Source: Octopus vulgaris (taxonomy: Eukaryota). From it: 64,000 bases of DNA. Location: positions 56,854,001-56,918,000 of the forward strand of contig OX597814.1 of NCBI GenBank assembly GCA_951406725.2. The letters are read 5' to 3'. The position numbers and the translations under genes were made by a program. This document shows, in pieces, positions 13,180-27,200 of this stretch (position 1 is its first letter; each line of letters begins with the position of its first letter). Under the pieces are notes generated by a model. It ran no database searches and was not told where the DNA came from. It was given only the letters and a program-made list of their open reading frames with translations.

Positions 13180-13830
13180 AAACAGAGAAAATGAACAAGC
13201 TTTAAAAAATGAGAGTGATTCTACTGCTACTAATGCCGATGTCCTTGCCGATGCAAATGAAAATCTAGTACCTCTAACTGAGGTGCAACCCCGAAATCGG
13301 AGAACACCAGCTCCCAATGATGATAGAGAGGATTGTGGCACAAACATTGGAGGGCTATTCAGTTTCCAACGTAGCTTCTATGTATGGGAGAAAGTACCAA
13401 ACAGTTAACAGTATTGTAAAACAACACCTGAAAACTGGTGCTATACTTCCTTTGAAGCGCGGAGGCGATAGGTATTCTAAACTTATTTCAGAATTTAAAG
13501 AGCCATTGCTCGTCTATATAGACCAAAATTGTACTAGCACTCAAAAACACCTTTCTAAGTGGGTTTTGGAGGCGTTCGGCATTCAAGTATCAATAAGTAC
13601 TATTCGTCAGTTTCATTATACTTTAAAAAAGGTCACGCTCGTTCCTGAGCGAAGAAATTGTCAAAACACAATTAAACTCATGAGGCATATGCCACTGCTT
13701 ATCGAAATCTTGAAGCGGACAATAATAAGAACTTTGTCTTTTTAGATTAAGCAGGATTTTCATCTTTGTCTTTTTAGATGATAACAAGACCAAACGGAGG
13801 TCGTAATAGGAATGGGCAATCAGTATATGT
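13180..13830 (+). pseudogene. IS630/Tc1-like transposase remnant (HTH region and start of DDE domain)
   Basis: ORF 13317-13745 has a paired HTH-like pattern (TVNSIVKQ..TG..RGG..SKL; VSISTI..YTLKKVTLVPERRN), followed by a broken FLD*AGF motif. Confidence 0.75.
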
Positions 13831-13864
13831 ATCTTACTTTTATGCCTTTTCTATTAGCCTAGCA

Positions 13865-13960
13865 TAGTGTTTCTCAGTGAGGAAACCAGCAGCTCCTAAC
13901 TGGGGTGAGAGCTGCAAGGATTGAAAAGGGATGGAGAAATTGTCAGTTTGAGAACCACTG
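13865..13960. mobile_element. Short hAT(Charlie)-like MITE
   Basis: Termini TAGTGTTTCTCA...TGAGAACCACTG; TSD not clear. Confidence 0.45.
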
Positions 13961-15278
13961 CCCAAGGGCACAATAAGACAAACTCCATTGAACAACATAT
14001 AAAGACTAGGAGAACCGAGTTCGGTCGAAAGTTATTTCTTTTACTAACAGTAATCTGAAAAGTATCGATCTGAAATAGGCATTTAAGTTGGCTTATTTCG
14101 ATTTTTCACATAATTAGGTGTGGTTGGCATGAATATCCTTTTATAGATAACACACCCACATGACATTGATTTCGACTCAACAAGTGAGCATATTCGTAGT
14201 CACTTGACCTGCTAGTCATAGTAGTCACATCTCCCTCTTTAAATAACCCATTCCATCTTTAAAACCGGAAGATACACTGACTAATTTAGTCTAATACTGT
14301 CTCAGAAAAAGACCTGTTGCCATCAGTGTGCATGTTCAAGATTTCAATCTCTTATCCGACCAAACTCGCTCGGCTTTGCCGTTTCTATTACTTTCCTGTC
14401 TACTTACACGTATATCGATAATAAAAGATAAAAATGAACTTCAAATATGCGTTCAATGCTATGAAATCTAATAGCCGCTGCAGTTGTTGTTCCTTCTAAA
14501 TGTTATTGATTAATTCGAGGTCTAGTCGACCCAGCCACAGTAGACCAAAGATCAATTTAATTATAGCCATGACAATTCCCATAACGACAATTGATTTTAT
14601 TCACAGTCATGACATACATTTTTGTTTTTATTTGGTTGCCATTTCTACCAGGTCGAGTGAAAATATTGAGGTTTTTCTTCTTAGTTGAGACTAATGTGTA
14701 TTCACCTATTGCAGTAATTTCGCTTCATCATAGAACAATGACACTTAATGCAGCACGAAGCAGATTCTAAAATTAGACACCAAACTGAATAGAGTTAACC
14801 ATACAGTTAATGATTAAAAATATATATACTTCATAATTTAATCAGAGGTGGATCTCCGAGACTGGGAGAAGGAAGAGAGAAAGTTATTCTTCGAGTGGCA
14901 ACTTGAATACTTGCAATTCGGTGAACTGTACTAAAATGACCCGAGAGCTCGACTGTGTCGTTGAAACGGGCAACTGATTAAACTTATAGCCCAAGAATAA
15001 AGACAAACCCTCTCACGGACCTAGAAAGAGTTTTACATCTGTTGTAAACTGTGGCATTGAATCCGAAATCAAGTTGTTACCAAGTGAACTTTTAAACAAT
15101 ACAGCGATGCAAGAGCTGAACATAACTTCAAAACGTTAATGATTGAGATAATATGTCATTAAACTATTAGTACAGGAGCTTTACATTTAAATTCTCATAT
15201 ATATTACAGTAATATTATTAATTCTATTCATTTTAGTTTCCCTAGTTATTCATAATAAGTAGCAGATTCTCTCGGAAT

Positions 15279-15944
15279 ATTCTATGTAATCTGTAGTCGC
15301 TCGAACTACTAAAAAAACAACTAAATTTACCTTAAATTGCATCTTAGTCTTAAAATGAAAAGATACAATAGATAGTACAGCCCAAGCAGACCGAAAAAGA
15401 AATACGAAATTGTGGTGGCTTGAACCCTTGTAATCATAGCGTGACTGAATCAGTTCAAAACTAGCTCTAAACAACACTGATGGTCGTTTTGCAATACTGA
15501 TGGCTTTCAGTACTGGATATATTATCGATGAAGGATAATATAGACAAGATTTATATCTCTTACGACACTTCACACATTAAAATTGAAATTAATTACTGTT
15601 CCGCTTTATTTCTGAGGTGTATGTTTAATAGACATGAACATATTTCACTCGGGTTAGGACACAACAGTGTATTTTAGTTAATTTTTATCCTTCATCGATA
15701 ATATATCCAGTACTGAAAGCCATCAGTATTGCAAAACGACCATCAGTGTTGTTTAGAGCTAGTTTTGAACTGATTCAGTCACGCTATGATTACAAGGGTT
15801 CAAGCCACCACAATTTCGTATTTCTTTTTCGGTCTGCTTGGGCTGTACTATCTATTGTATCTTTTCATTTTAAGACTAAGATGCAATTTAAGGTAAATTT
15901 AGTTGTTTTTTTAGTAGTTCGAGCGACTACAGATTACATAGAAT
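15279..15944. repeat. 260-bp inverted repeat with 146-bp spacer
   Basis: 15279-15538 is the reverse complement of 15685-15944; the same peptide appears in ORFs 15250..15573(-) and 15746..16057(+). Confidence 0.95.
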
Positions 15945-15959
15945 CTCATTCGTTACAGT

Positions 15960-18640
15960 TGTTTGCTTTTGTTGTGAGAGTGTTAGATCGACAACTTCAT
16001 TCACAGCATTTGCAAAAGGGGGCCGGCAAAAGCTACGTAACTCTTCTGAGGGTTTAGGTGAAGAGGATGAGAGTATTAATCTGATGGTCATAACAGTACC
16101 GTAGCGGCTACGGAAAACACCTGGAAAACGAAACGGCTTACTCAAACCACACCCATACGGAAATGTTTGGAAGAACACCAATCCAAGACCGAATGAAGAA
16201 GAACTGAGAAACACCTGCTACGCAGAGTGAGGACACATACTGAGATGCAAGAAGATTCTAGTCAGGAGGCGCCCCACAGCACAAAAGATCTGAGTAGCTT
16301 TTTCACTCTAAATGTACAAGAAGGACGACCTAACCCCTAGGATTCAACCTGTTAAGCGAGATAAGTTCACAAAAGATCCATACCGGTTCATAAAAAAATT
16401 GTGTGGTGAAACAGGAGTCGGCAAACTGTTAAACTTTAAGGAAATTGGAGAGGAATTTCTCAAGGAGAGCCTACTGTAACACTTTTTGGGCTAGACATAG
16501 CCAAAGGCCAGCAAGACCGAAACTTCAGAAGTAGAACTTGATACAAATAAATCAACATGGTGAAAATACAAGCCATTGTACAGAAGGCTCAATTAACATG
16601 TGTTTCAAGATTAAGTGATATACATTAAAAAGTATACAAAAGATGTCCTGTACCATTCTGAAAGCAATGGAGACTTTTGCGGAAATTATAGGCAAAAGGC
16701 ATCATCTGACCGCCTCGAAGAGCAGTCGAAGGTTGTTTGCTCTGAGCATAGCCAGTTCTGAACCACTACTCATATAATTGTTAAAAGTAAGCTTCCAACC
16801 ATGGCTAAAATAGGCTCAGTGAGCTGATCAGTGAATCCAAGAAGAGAAAAAGCTATTTAATAGCAGTGTGGCTAAGCTTGGCCGTCGTGTATGAATTCTA
16901 CCACATTATAAGAATGGCCGCCAGTCACTTTGGAAGATTTAAATTATGTTTCCAGAACGCCTATTTTGTAACTCAGTGACTGGACCTGGAAAAGGGTATC
17001 GTAACAGGTTGTACTATTCCTGCCACTTTATTCGTCATGGGAAGGAATCTGCTTATAGTAGGGATAGAGAAAGAATCCAGGATACCCGATAATAGAATCT
17101 GATACCCTCTGACCACCACTGTGAAGCTTCACGAATAACACAATCATAACAATTACAACCCACATGCAAGAGCAGCGAGTCATGATGCTGCAGCAAGGAC
17201 AAGAATGGAGTTCTAAGAAAGCCAAGAAACATAACTAGGAATGGTAAAGAGGCCGGCATGTTCCAACTTCAGTTGGTGATCAGCACACGCCGCAAAAAAG
17301 TATGGGGATCCATCACCTATTTATAGACGTACTCAAAACAGAAAAATAAGCAGATGAATGGTTGAGAAAATTAGGCCTTCCAGGAAAGTTCATGACCAAG
17401 ACTCATGGAGTTACTGAAGAAATTTGACGCACCTATGAAATCTGTAGAAAGAGTAAAAGGTGGAGTGAACGAACACTTCTAGTGATAGTTCGGTATTCCA
17501 CCATACTTTACGTCAGCAGGTCTGTATTGTTACAGGTACTTCATCAGTGGTCATAAAGTCAAAGTTGGAAAGTGAAAGGTTTTGATGATGTCTGTAGGTA
17601 CTAGTAATGAGAAGATCAGGACGGAAATGGATAACTGACAAAGAAAATACTCTGAAGTTGAGAAACATCATCGAAATCCATTCATTAAGAAACAAGGATT
17701 CAACCATCTACATCCATCAATTTGGGATATCAGGCTCAAGATGGAAAAGAGTTACAATCGAAGCGAAATGCAACTCTTGGAAGATAAACAAAAGTCCAGA
17801 ACCGTGGAATTTGGGTTACATAGAATTCTCAACAAAATATCTGCCAAAGTGAAAGATTAAATGAACTTTTGAGACAAGATTTCTTCCTCATTTTTTTCTG
17901 CTTTGATCAATCATGATACTCTTCTAGTACCAACAAATATGCCTAGATAAGAAATTAGAAATGAATCACGGTGGAGAGTACATGGAAGGAGATGTATTTT
18001 GACAAGCTGAAAGACAGCACTTGCTTTAATGAAATATGGATGGCATAGCGGCAAGGTCTTCAGAACATTAGTTTATAACTTGTGGTGAGAGAAACGGAAA
18101 AGTTTAAAAACCATGTAAGGATAACTCTTTTCACTTAGCTAATCAAAAAGTGGAAGAATCAACCATTCCTCCCAAAGACCAAGAAGTTTTCTGCAGGTGG
18201 TACAACCTACAGTAGTCAAAATATCACGTGTACCTAACATAGCCATATGGTCTGAAGAGGAACAGAAGAAGAACAGACCGTCCAGCGGGAAGACGAATAC
18301 AAGGGAGATCTTGGAAAAGGAAGCCATCAAATACTAAGATCAGGTCCAGAAATACAGGAACAAGTGGACAGGCATGGCTATTTCCGGTTACAGGTGAATG
18401 AAAGAGTTTCTCGTCGCAGTCAGTATGGAAGATATCAGCCCTGCGAACAGCAGGAAGAGAGAAAAAGATAGCAGTTCGCATGATAGTAAAAGTATCGAAA
18501 ATAGCCACTTGGTCATTCGAGAACACGCGAGAGGAGTAGAATGGAAACCCAAGAGAAAACGGTTAGTTTTCTGGACATCACTGCTGGTATCAAGGGGAGG
18601 ACGTTATGGTTTAGCGCCGAAACATCCGAGGAAAGTTAAA
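15960..18640 (+). mobile_element. Highly degenerate HERO-clade (RLE) non-LTR retrotransposon
   Basis: Peptide relics KFTKDPYRFIKKLCGETGVGKL (~16363), LEKGIVTGCTIPATLFVMG (~16986, RT) and PNIAIWSE (~18233, RLE PD motif). Confidence 0.7.
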
Positions 18641-18711
18641 CGTCGTTTTACGACTTTACCCTTTTGGTCGAAAGTAACTGAATGCGTCAGGTACTTATAA
18701 GCTATATATCT

Positions 18712-18744
<33 letters not shown>

Positions 18745-18989
18745 ATAATAATAATAGTGGCGATGATGGTGACGGACAATACTTTACCTCAGTTTATGAG
18801 AGACAAGGGTTTGCCAAGAAACTCTGATGGCAACAGCTAAAATGAAGTTGGATCTTTAAGGGAAGACCTCTCCCACGGTGATGGTTCAGTATAGATGCAG
18901 ACTGACCACAGCTGTTATTCTATGACAGCATCAGTAGATAACACAAGTCTGCATTTTTAAATGAAGTAAATGATGATTGTCAACTTATA

Positions 18990-20450
18990 GGTGATTCTGA
19001 ACCATTTTTAAATGCTGATTTCAAATGTTTTTAGTTTTTGCCTACCACCTACATATTTTGCACAAATAGGAGTCGAAGATATAATGATTTTTCACTTCAT
19101 TCATTCGATTTTGTGGTAAACTTTTAGATAAGAATATGATGAAATTAAGAACAGCTGACTAAAACAATGATAAAAATGATTTGAATAAGGTATGTAGACC
19201 TACATATTTACTAAATATATATCTTTAATGCACTTGCCATGGCTTTGAAGTAATTTTACTCCTTTTCAAGCTTCCTTTTCTTTGATTTCCTTCCAGTTTT
19301 TGGCACTAGCTTGCAGTGTCTCTTCAGGACCCAGCAGAAATCCGCCATCATGTTTACATTCCACCTCCTCTGGTACCTCTGCTCCATTTCTTTAATGTTC
19401 AAGTGAAATCTCTCACCGTGTTTTTCACTTAGATTGACCCGGTGCGGGTGTGAGTAAAGAAAGTGCATTCTAACACTTATGTTGCACCCAAGCTTTTGAA
19501 ATTTTGGAACATGGAATCAACTATAACTTTCTAATTTGAACACTTATTGTTTTCCAAAAAGTTCTGGACAACACACTTGAAGCTCACACGTCACCTTTAG
19601 TTGTACAGAGTGTACTATTGGAATGAATGAATAATTATTTCCATTGTGTAGCAAGACAACTTTCAAACTCCTTTTTGGAGGAATCAATGAACAGCCTCGT
19701 TCGGAGGGATTGTTCTCGATCTCAAAATAGTTTAGCAGGTTTGGAATATTATAGCAAAACATCACTGATTCATCCTCAGCAAAGAATGGTAACAACTCGT
19801 GTTCCCTGTGACGATACCAAGAGAAGAAGGTTCCCTGTAACAAATGCTTTTTCATTTTAACCTAGAATTAAAAAGTTCCGCTGCATCCTTTGGTAGGTTC
19901 AAATCACTCACCAAATCATTGAGCTCTTCCTGTGTAAATAACTGTCGACTTTCGATTTCGTCAGGAATGTAGCCATCATCATCTTCTTCACATTTGTTTT
20001 CTTCCCCACTATCTGATGTAACATTCTTCAAAAAAAGTGGGGGAGAGGAACTGGAATGTCAACCCCATGTGCAACAGACCGCATAGCCGAGGAAATACTA
20101 TGACACACTATCGTACGTTTATTTGTTGCTATGTACCCATCAACTTTAGTAATGCAGAAATGTAAATCGTCAGCGTAGTTACTCAGCCCTTGCCACACCA
20201 TTAGTATTCCAAAGGGCATTTCTTTCCCCTTACCGGCTTTTCAGAGTCTCAGCCCTTCCACACAAGTGTGTCATACTTTGTGTGGAGCCCAAGGTTTGTC
20301 CTCATCACCAAGTTTAACATCAAAATAAGCGAAATATAATTTTTTTTACAAGATCCGTTATATTTTGTCTCTGCTTAATGATAGCGTACCTACCACAAAT
20401 CTAGCAGAATATGTCTGGATTATTCACGCACTTACACCTAAAGGCATTAA
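18990..20450 (-). mobile_element. Degenerate Chapaev3-like (CMC) DNA transposon
   Basis: Minus-strand relics CVNNPDIFC*ICG, GDEDKPWAPH, MPFGILMVW..NYADDLHFC, KRSLKVVLLHNGN and HGERFH..MMADFCW. Confidence 0.7.
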
Positions 20451-20759
20451 TTTTAAATGGAATTTATAAGTAAATATCACCAACGACTTACCTCTTGAAC
20501 TACCAAAACAACACTAAAGCATCAGTTAGCAATCGTGTACACAGCTTTTCAAGGTCACATCGTCTGGCAGAGTTGCCAACGATTGTTTAGCCATCTGTCT
20601 ACCATTACAGTTTTTTTCTGTTGCTTGTTCCTACTGTTTATATTATTTGATTCTGCTGATTTCTCATGACTCCTATTTTTTCTTGACTCTCTCTTATTTG
20701 TCAAATGGGAAATTTTTCGTGTTTATAAAGGCCACAAAATTTCACTTTATACATTATTT

Positions 20760-23583
20760 ACCGTATGGAACCACTGGACCCTCGAATTAAATCCAGCAAT
20801 ACTCTTGCCATTCTAAACAGAATAAAAGCAGTATCAAATATTATTTTCCTAGATAGTTATCAGATAGAAAATAAATAGAATTGTATTCAATTTATTTACT
20901 GAATTTTAGATAAAATAGGAAAAATTATGAAAATATTCCTGTAAATTTGTGTGGTATTGCATTACCTTCAATCTGCTAGGTTATAGGGTGATGCAATATT
21001 TCTATGTGATGATGCAAGCAATTCTTATATTCAAATCCTCTTACTCAAGCAGCAGTAAGAACTTCATCTTGCAATATTGTGCGCCTGCTAAAAGGTCTTA
21101 CGATGATAGCATTGAAACATGTTTTACTATGTTTATGCGCCAGAATCTCCTTGAAGTTATTCGTAAATGGGCAAAAGTTGGAGATCAGGTGGTTTACAAA
21201 GATAAGTGGAAGGAAAATGATCACTCTGAACTAAAGAAATTTATTGGACTGATCATTCTTATAGGTGTTCATAAATCTAAACATGAAAATGTCACAGTTA
21301 TAGAGTCAGAAAGATAGCCGCCCACCATTAAACAAAATTATGAAGCGGGGAAGATTTCAATAGATTTTACAAGTATTACTTTTTGATGATGCTAGTGCAA
21401 GAAGAAAAAAAGAGAAGTGATGATAAATTGGAGTCCATAAGAGAAATATTTGAAATGTGCAGTCAGAATTTGCAAGATTGATATGTTCCAAGTTCATGCA
21501 TGAGTTGATGAAACTATTAGTTTTATTCAGAGGGCGTTGCTCATTCCAGGTATATATACCTTTCAAGCCAGGGAAATATGGAATCAAAATTTGAGTAATA
21601 TGCAATGGTGAAACATCTTATTCCTGGAAAATGCAAATCTACACTGGAAAAGACCCAGTAAAAGAGGAGAGACAAATCAAGGTTCAAGAGTTGTTGAACA
21701 CCTAGTAAAAGAACTTGAAAGTACTGGTCGGAATATAACTTGTGATAATTTTTTTTACAATTTTAGGATTGGTCCAGAAGCTGCTTAAGAAGAAAACTAC
21801 TTTAGTTGAACTTCCAAGTTCTTTCACAAATAGAAAAGAAAGAGAAATCATCAGCACAATATTTGGATTTGAAATGGATATTATGATCCTATCTTATTGT
21901 CCCAAGAAAAATTATGTAATTACACTTATGTGTTCAATGGACTCTCAGCCTTCAGTTGATTCAAAAAGTGCTGAAAAGAAACCTGAAGTTAATACATGTC
22001 ACAACAAAATAAAAGGAGGAGTAGATACCCTGGATAAGATGGTAGGGACATATAATTGCAAAAGAATGACTCGAAGATGGCCTATGATTATATTCTATAG
22101 GAGGAGGAGATCCTCCCCTTCGGTCATGAATGACCATGGGATTGCACCTAGAATGTTACTCTCCGAGGCACAAGTCCGGGCAAGGTTGTTTATGGAAGGC
22201 CAGCAGATGCCCATGCATACCAGATTCCCATCACCACACCACTGATGTTATCCAAGGGAAAAACAAAGGCCGATATAGCTTGGCATCATTGATGTCGCAA
22301 CTCATTTCTACAGCTGAGTGAACTGGAGCAACGAAATAAAGTGTCTTGCTCAAGAACACAACACGCAGCCCAGTCTGGGAATCGAACTCACAACCGCACG
22401 ATCGTAAGCTCGACGCTCTAACCACTGAACCATGCACCTACAACATGATTAATATAAGCGCAGTGAATGCTTTCATTGTTGCTAAACAGCTTCACTTGCA
22501 AAGTTTCAAGGATAAAAGAAGACAGTGCCTAATTCAGTAAGGAAAGGAACTTACTGGAGTTAATGCTAAACAAGAACAATCTTCTAGTTCCGCTAAGATT
22601 TCTCAACCAAACAAGAAAAGAAGACGATCTTCAACCTCATTTGAGACTCCTCAGCCAAAGAAAAAAGGATGATGTTCTTTGTGTGCCCCCCACCCCCCAA
22701 AAAACAGGAAAACTCGCACTATATGTAAGAATCGTAATATCCATGTTTGCCAAGAATATTCCAATGTTGTCTGCATTCACTGCCATGAATTGGATTGCAA
22801 TTAAGATGTGCTGTTGTTAGTGATTTTCTTGAATTTGTTTCGATAAATTTTCCGACTTTTTTTAAAAATCTACCTTTTTACGACTAGATAGACATTCGCT
22901 GAAATAAAAACTAATATTCAACAGGGATAGCTAAAAGTTGGTGGCCATAGCCAAATTTAAAAATAAAGTTGAAGAAAGCACCAACAACAGTGAAAGGTAC
23001 TAAAATCACTATCATCAGTGAAATTTTTACTTGTTTTATTCCTAAGCTGCTTTTTGGCAACTGGGTAGCTACTTTAGGTTTGAGTTACTGGTGTCGCTAA
23101 AGAAGAGAAATTATGACATTGTTTTAAGGTTCCTTTATGTAGATTTTTTAAAGAAGTAGATAGGGAAGGCTTTCTTCATACAAGCTTATTGGGAAGGACA
23201 GGCTCCGGTGTAGAGTGCCCAATAGCCGTGGCAGGAGGCCTTCAGTATTTGGGGGAAATTGTCACTTTTCCCAATAAGTCCAGCTATGATGACTCCTGCA
23301 CTGGCGAGCATCGCCTCTTCGCGGTACTTGTATCCCTCTTTACATTTTTTCAATGACTATTTCGATTGCTTATTTCGGCTCTTGTCTTCGTATTTTTTAA
23401 AACTATTCTGCCAATCTGCACTGAACACCTGCTCATATTGTATTATGTAAGTGACTGTACAGCATTTAACTGCGTCTCGTAGTGGGGTTCTGATTCACGA
23501 GTTACAGAGTTTTGATGAATGTAGAACCATCTCTTATCCAGTATTGTTCTCAGGTCAACTCTGACCCCGAGAAGTAGCAAAGG
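20760..23583 (+). mobile_element. Degenerate piggyBac transposon
   Basis: Relics ELKKFIGLIILIG, FRGRCSFQVYIPFKPGKYGIKI, TCDNFFT, KGGVDTLDKMV..RRWP and a Cys-rich C-terminus. Candidate 3' end ..GCAAAGG|TTAA at 23583; 5' end uncertain. Confidence 0.85.
22098..22438 (-). mobile_element. tRNA-derived SINE inserted in the piggyBac ORF
   Basis: Minus-strand head GGTGCATGGTTCAGTGGTTAGAGCG..GAGTTCGATTCC (A and B boxes), CTTGAGCAAGACAC core and (CTC)n tail. The piggyBac frame IIFY/NMINIS is split by it. Confidence 0.88.
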
Positions 23584-23599
23584 TTAAGGTCCTAGCTAC

Positions 23600-24240
23600 T
23601 AGTTATTTAGCATGTCAGTTGGGTAGATGGAGCTCGTTAGCCTAGACTTGGGAGCAAACTATCTAGGGGAAGGAAAAACCTGATTCTAACCTTCCGCTAA
23701 TACCGCGGCTATACCCAGCAATGAGATTCGGCTTCGGGAGTAAACCCTGAGAAAAAATCGGAAACTGGAGCCTCTCAGACGGTTCAACGTTGTCTACAAC
23801 ACCGTTCAAGAAAATTCTAGAACGGTGCTTTATCAGTTTGTAACGGCAGTGTTGTTTCTTTGCATCCATCTATGACGTGAAGAGTGAGGGCGCACTGTAT
23901 GGCCAACAACCCGTCCTCCATACCCTACTGCTCAGGCATGTATCCTATCCAACATCTACTGGAGAGATAAAATCGGACATGACACTGAAGAGGACCCTCC
24001 GGCCTCGACTACGACGTGAATACAATATGAGGAGCAACAGTTACCGGTTATAAGTCATCGCTTCACATCAAACAGCATTGGGACAATCCACAAGTGCAGC
24101 TTGTGTGGTAGAGACTGTCATTCGCGCCTTGGACTGTTCAGCCACAGACAATGGTGTTCAACTGGGGCGGACAACTAGGATTTTTATCTGTGGATTTTAA
24201 TGACAGACAGCGGGCTCAGTATGAATGTCTAAGAACTAGG
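23600..24240 (+). mobile_element. Possible RTE-clade LINE 5' UTR and endonuclease relic
   Basis: GCAAACTATCTAGGGGAAGGAAAAACCTGATTCTAACC resembles RTE 5' UTR motifs; GDFN-like relic near 24190. Confidence 0.4.
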
Positions 24241-27200
24241 GTTCGATATCTCCCCAACGTCCTTGGAAGCAACCTTTGTATTTTTCCTTCATAGATATTG
24301 TGGGACTAGTTGAGTTTGTAGAAGTGGGGTGGGGTCATTGGTCCAGGTGTGTCATGTATACTTTATGTTTGCAATGTAACTCTATCTTCTGATTCCGAGA
24401 TGGCACGTATGGTGTCATACACATTGCCTTTTCCTATAAAGAACATTTATTTTACGTATCTCCCAGGATTTGCTTAGATGTAACAAGGGAAGCACTTGGT
24501 AAAACGGAGGTAAGTTATCTATCCTACTCTTACGTAGCCTTTTGAGGAAGAATGAAAGTTTAGGATCCATCTTGGGAATGGAATGCGTCTGAGCTTTATT
24601 ATTTTTTTCAACAAGATATTCTATATCTAACAATAATATACCTCTTCATTTCTCAATACGCTGTAGCAGATTCAAACGTGAATATCTGATCGTTGGTGTT
24701 TTTCGTTATCGAAGAACGCAATTCATCCGTGTCTGGGGACCTTGAAATGTCGCTGTGTTTCGAGCTTATTGGGTGGCTCTTCAGCAAAGCTAACTCGCCG
24801 GATCGATAACAAGGGTACGAGATCTTATCCATAGTAATCAGCAAACAAATTACTGCTGATATGAACGGGCTTTTCTTTTTCGGAAGAAAACTTGCGAAAG
24901 ATGGTATTTGTGACTGTTCACTATACTCTTTTGTTTGACATTATTAAAATGATGGAGGGTATTTGAGGAAAATCTAGTTGTCATTACTCGAGTGATTGCA
25001 AAGAGATGTGTGGGACATCGGTTGAGTTTTGGCGGCGATGATATATGATTTTCAGATTTACAGGAATCCGTTGCAGTACAGATAGAAGAGATATGGAAAG
25101 GTCACATCACAAAAATTAATGGCTGCATCTCAATCTTCGGCGAAGGACTGTCAGTTAAGCTGATGTTATTTTTTGAACACGTTCTAGATAAGTGTAGGTG
25201 TCAGTTGTAAGTTGGTCAGATTAAATTTATGCAAAATCAAGATACCATAGACATTAATCATCCGTTTATCGAGGTGGAATTGAGGGAGAATTTGAGGGCA
25301 ATATATTGAATAATTTTAGTGAAATTTCTGAAGAAATGGGCAACTGTGCTAGAATTTACCTAGATATTTAACAAAGTAAAACATTTTGGCACGCAAAACA
25401 TAAAAATAAATGAAAAGAGTCTTTCCTCTTATTCTCCAATAGCTCTTTATGTCCCCGAAGACTGGGCCTTCAAATTCGCGTGTCTCACATTCATAGCGCA
25501 ATGCCACTCATTAATCCTGCTGCAGACATTCCTTTAACTATAATTACACATCAAAGAAAGATACTTTTAAAGAAATATTGAAAGCCTAATGTTGATAGAA
25601 GTGCAGATCCAATGCATGTGAAAATTCTCGCTGTAGCCAGATTAGTAATGTCAAGATTTCAAACAATCCTTACCTTACATAATTATAGAAATACAGGAAC
25701 ATATTTGGATCTTTGATGACCATTTTTGAATGTTTATTTTTTATGGAGAGCAAACTTAAGAATGAACCTTAAGAACAGAATTTGGAATTTTTTGTTTCCA
25801 AAAATAATAGGAATTTGAGTTGAAGATTAAGGTTCTGGCTAGAAAGTAGAATGCATCAGATCTACTATGATTTAACCTAATTTGATTGCATAGTCAACTC
25901 CTACTCATTCGGGCATGTTTCACAGTAAACTTAGATAAACTTCATTGAACACCACATTTTGTAGCTTGTAAGAAGTTAACTTGTTCGCAGAGAACAAGTT
26001 ATTCCGTGGGTGTTTGTCTGAACAAAAGAAATATTTTCTTTTGTTGTGATTGACACATCAGACATAGACCTAGCGTTCTTTTCAAATGTACAAACATTTG
26101 ATTGGTTGACCTGAACAATAATGAAAAGCCAAATATATATTTTAGTCGGTTCAGTTCACACTGACTAAAAATATTAAAATAGTAGGCAGAGGAGAAAAGT
26201 AAAATAGCAGCATGTCTGTTATTATCTAGATTTGGAATTTCTGAAGATGAAAGATATGAAATAAAATAAATAAATTTCAAAATAATAAATAAATTTCAAA
26301 ATCTGCCCAATACGTTTTCAATTCCCGATTGAAAGCTATTTTATTTTTGCTTACGCCGCTAAAGGTTTCAGAAAAAACCTGATTATACATAGCAATGCCC
26401 TTCCTATAAAATACATTACAAAGGTCTATTCATTCAATACTGACTTGGGGCTCAATAACAAAATGATATAATAGACAGGGGTCTTTGTATGCAGATGAAA
26501 AAGAAACTAATATATTCTCTTGAATTTTATAAAATGGTTTTTGTAATTTCTTCTATAAACCTACTCGTGACAAAAGAAAAAAATAACGTTAACTATAAGA
26601 ATTTATTGAAGTCCAATGATACAGAATAGCTTCTTACCGTGACTATGATAAAATATTGACTTATTTATTCAGATGACGAATAACATTATTAATACTGGAT
26701 TATAACTGACCTTCTCCACAACTGCATACTTTTAATTTATTTTATTGAACATAATGATGGCAGGAAAAGTTAACCTCAGAGGGAATTCACAATAGTTGGA
26801 TTTACAGTAAGAGAAAACTAAATTGAAATTGTTTTAGTGTGACTCACTGATGTTTTCCTTTGAGTTAAAATGTGTTTATGAGGCAAGAAACCTGCGAATA
26901 TGGTAGGGAGGGAAACTCATGGGCCCAGTCATTTCTCATTTACTCATTGATAATATTTATATTATCAATTTAAACACTCTTATTTTTCTCTATAAACACA
27001 CGCTGTTTCGCCGTTTAAACCGCAATACACTCACTATTTATATACAGCATACAATTCGCTCACTTCAGTTAGGCCTTCATTTGATCTTTTAATCGACACC
27101 TCCCAAATAACTCACGAGGATGTTGATAATGCAGTGTCCTTCAGGGAGTACACAAACTCTACAAATCAAATTTGTACTCTACCAATATTTTTTACATGAT

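Noticed and set aside
22370-22438. tRNA gene
   Set aside because: The tRNA-like head continues into a SINE body and tail and interrupts a piggyBac ORF.
24300-25330. Possible old L1-like relic (INVYG, LPPFYQ peptides)
   Set aside because: Too few motifs to support a call.
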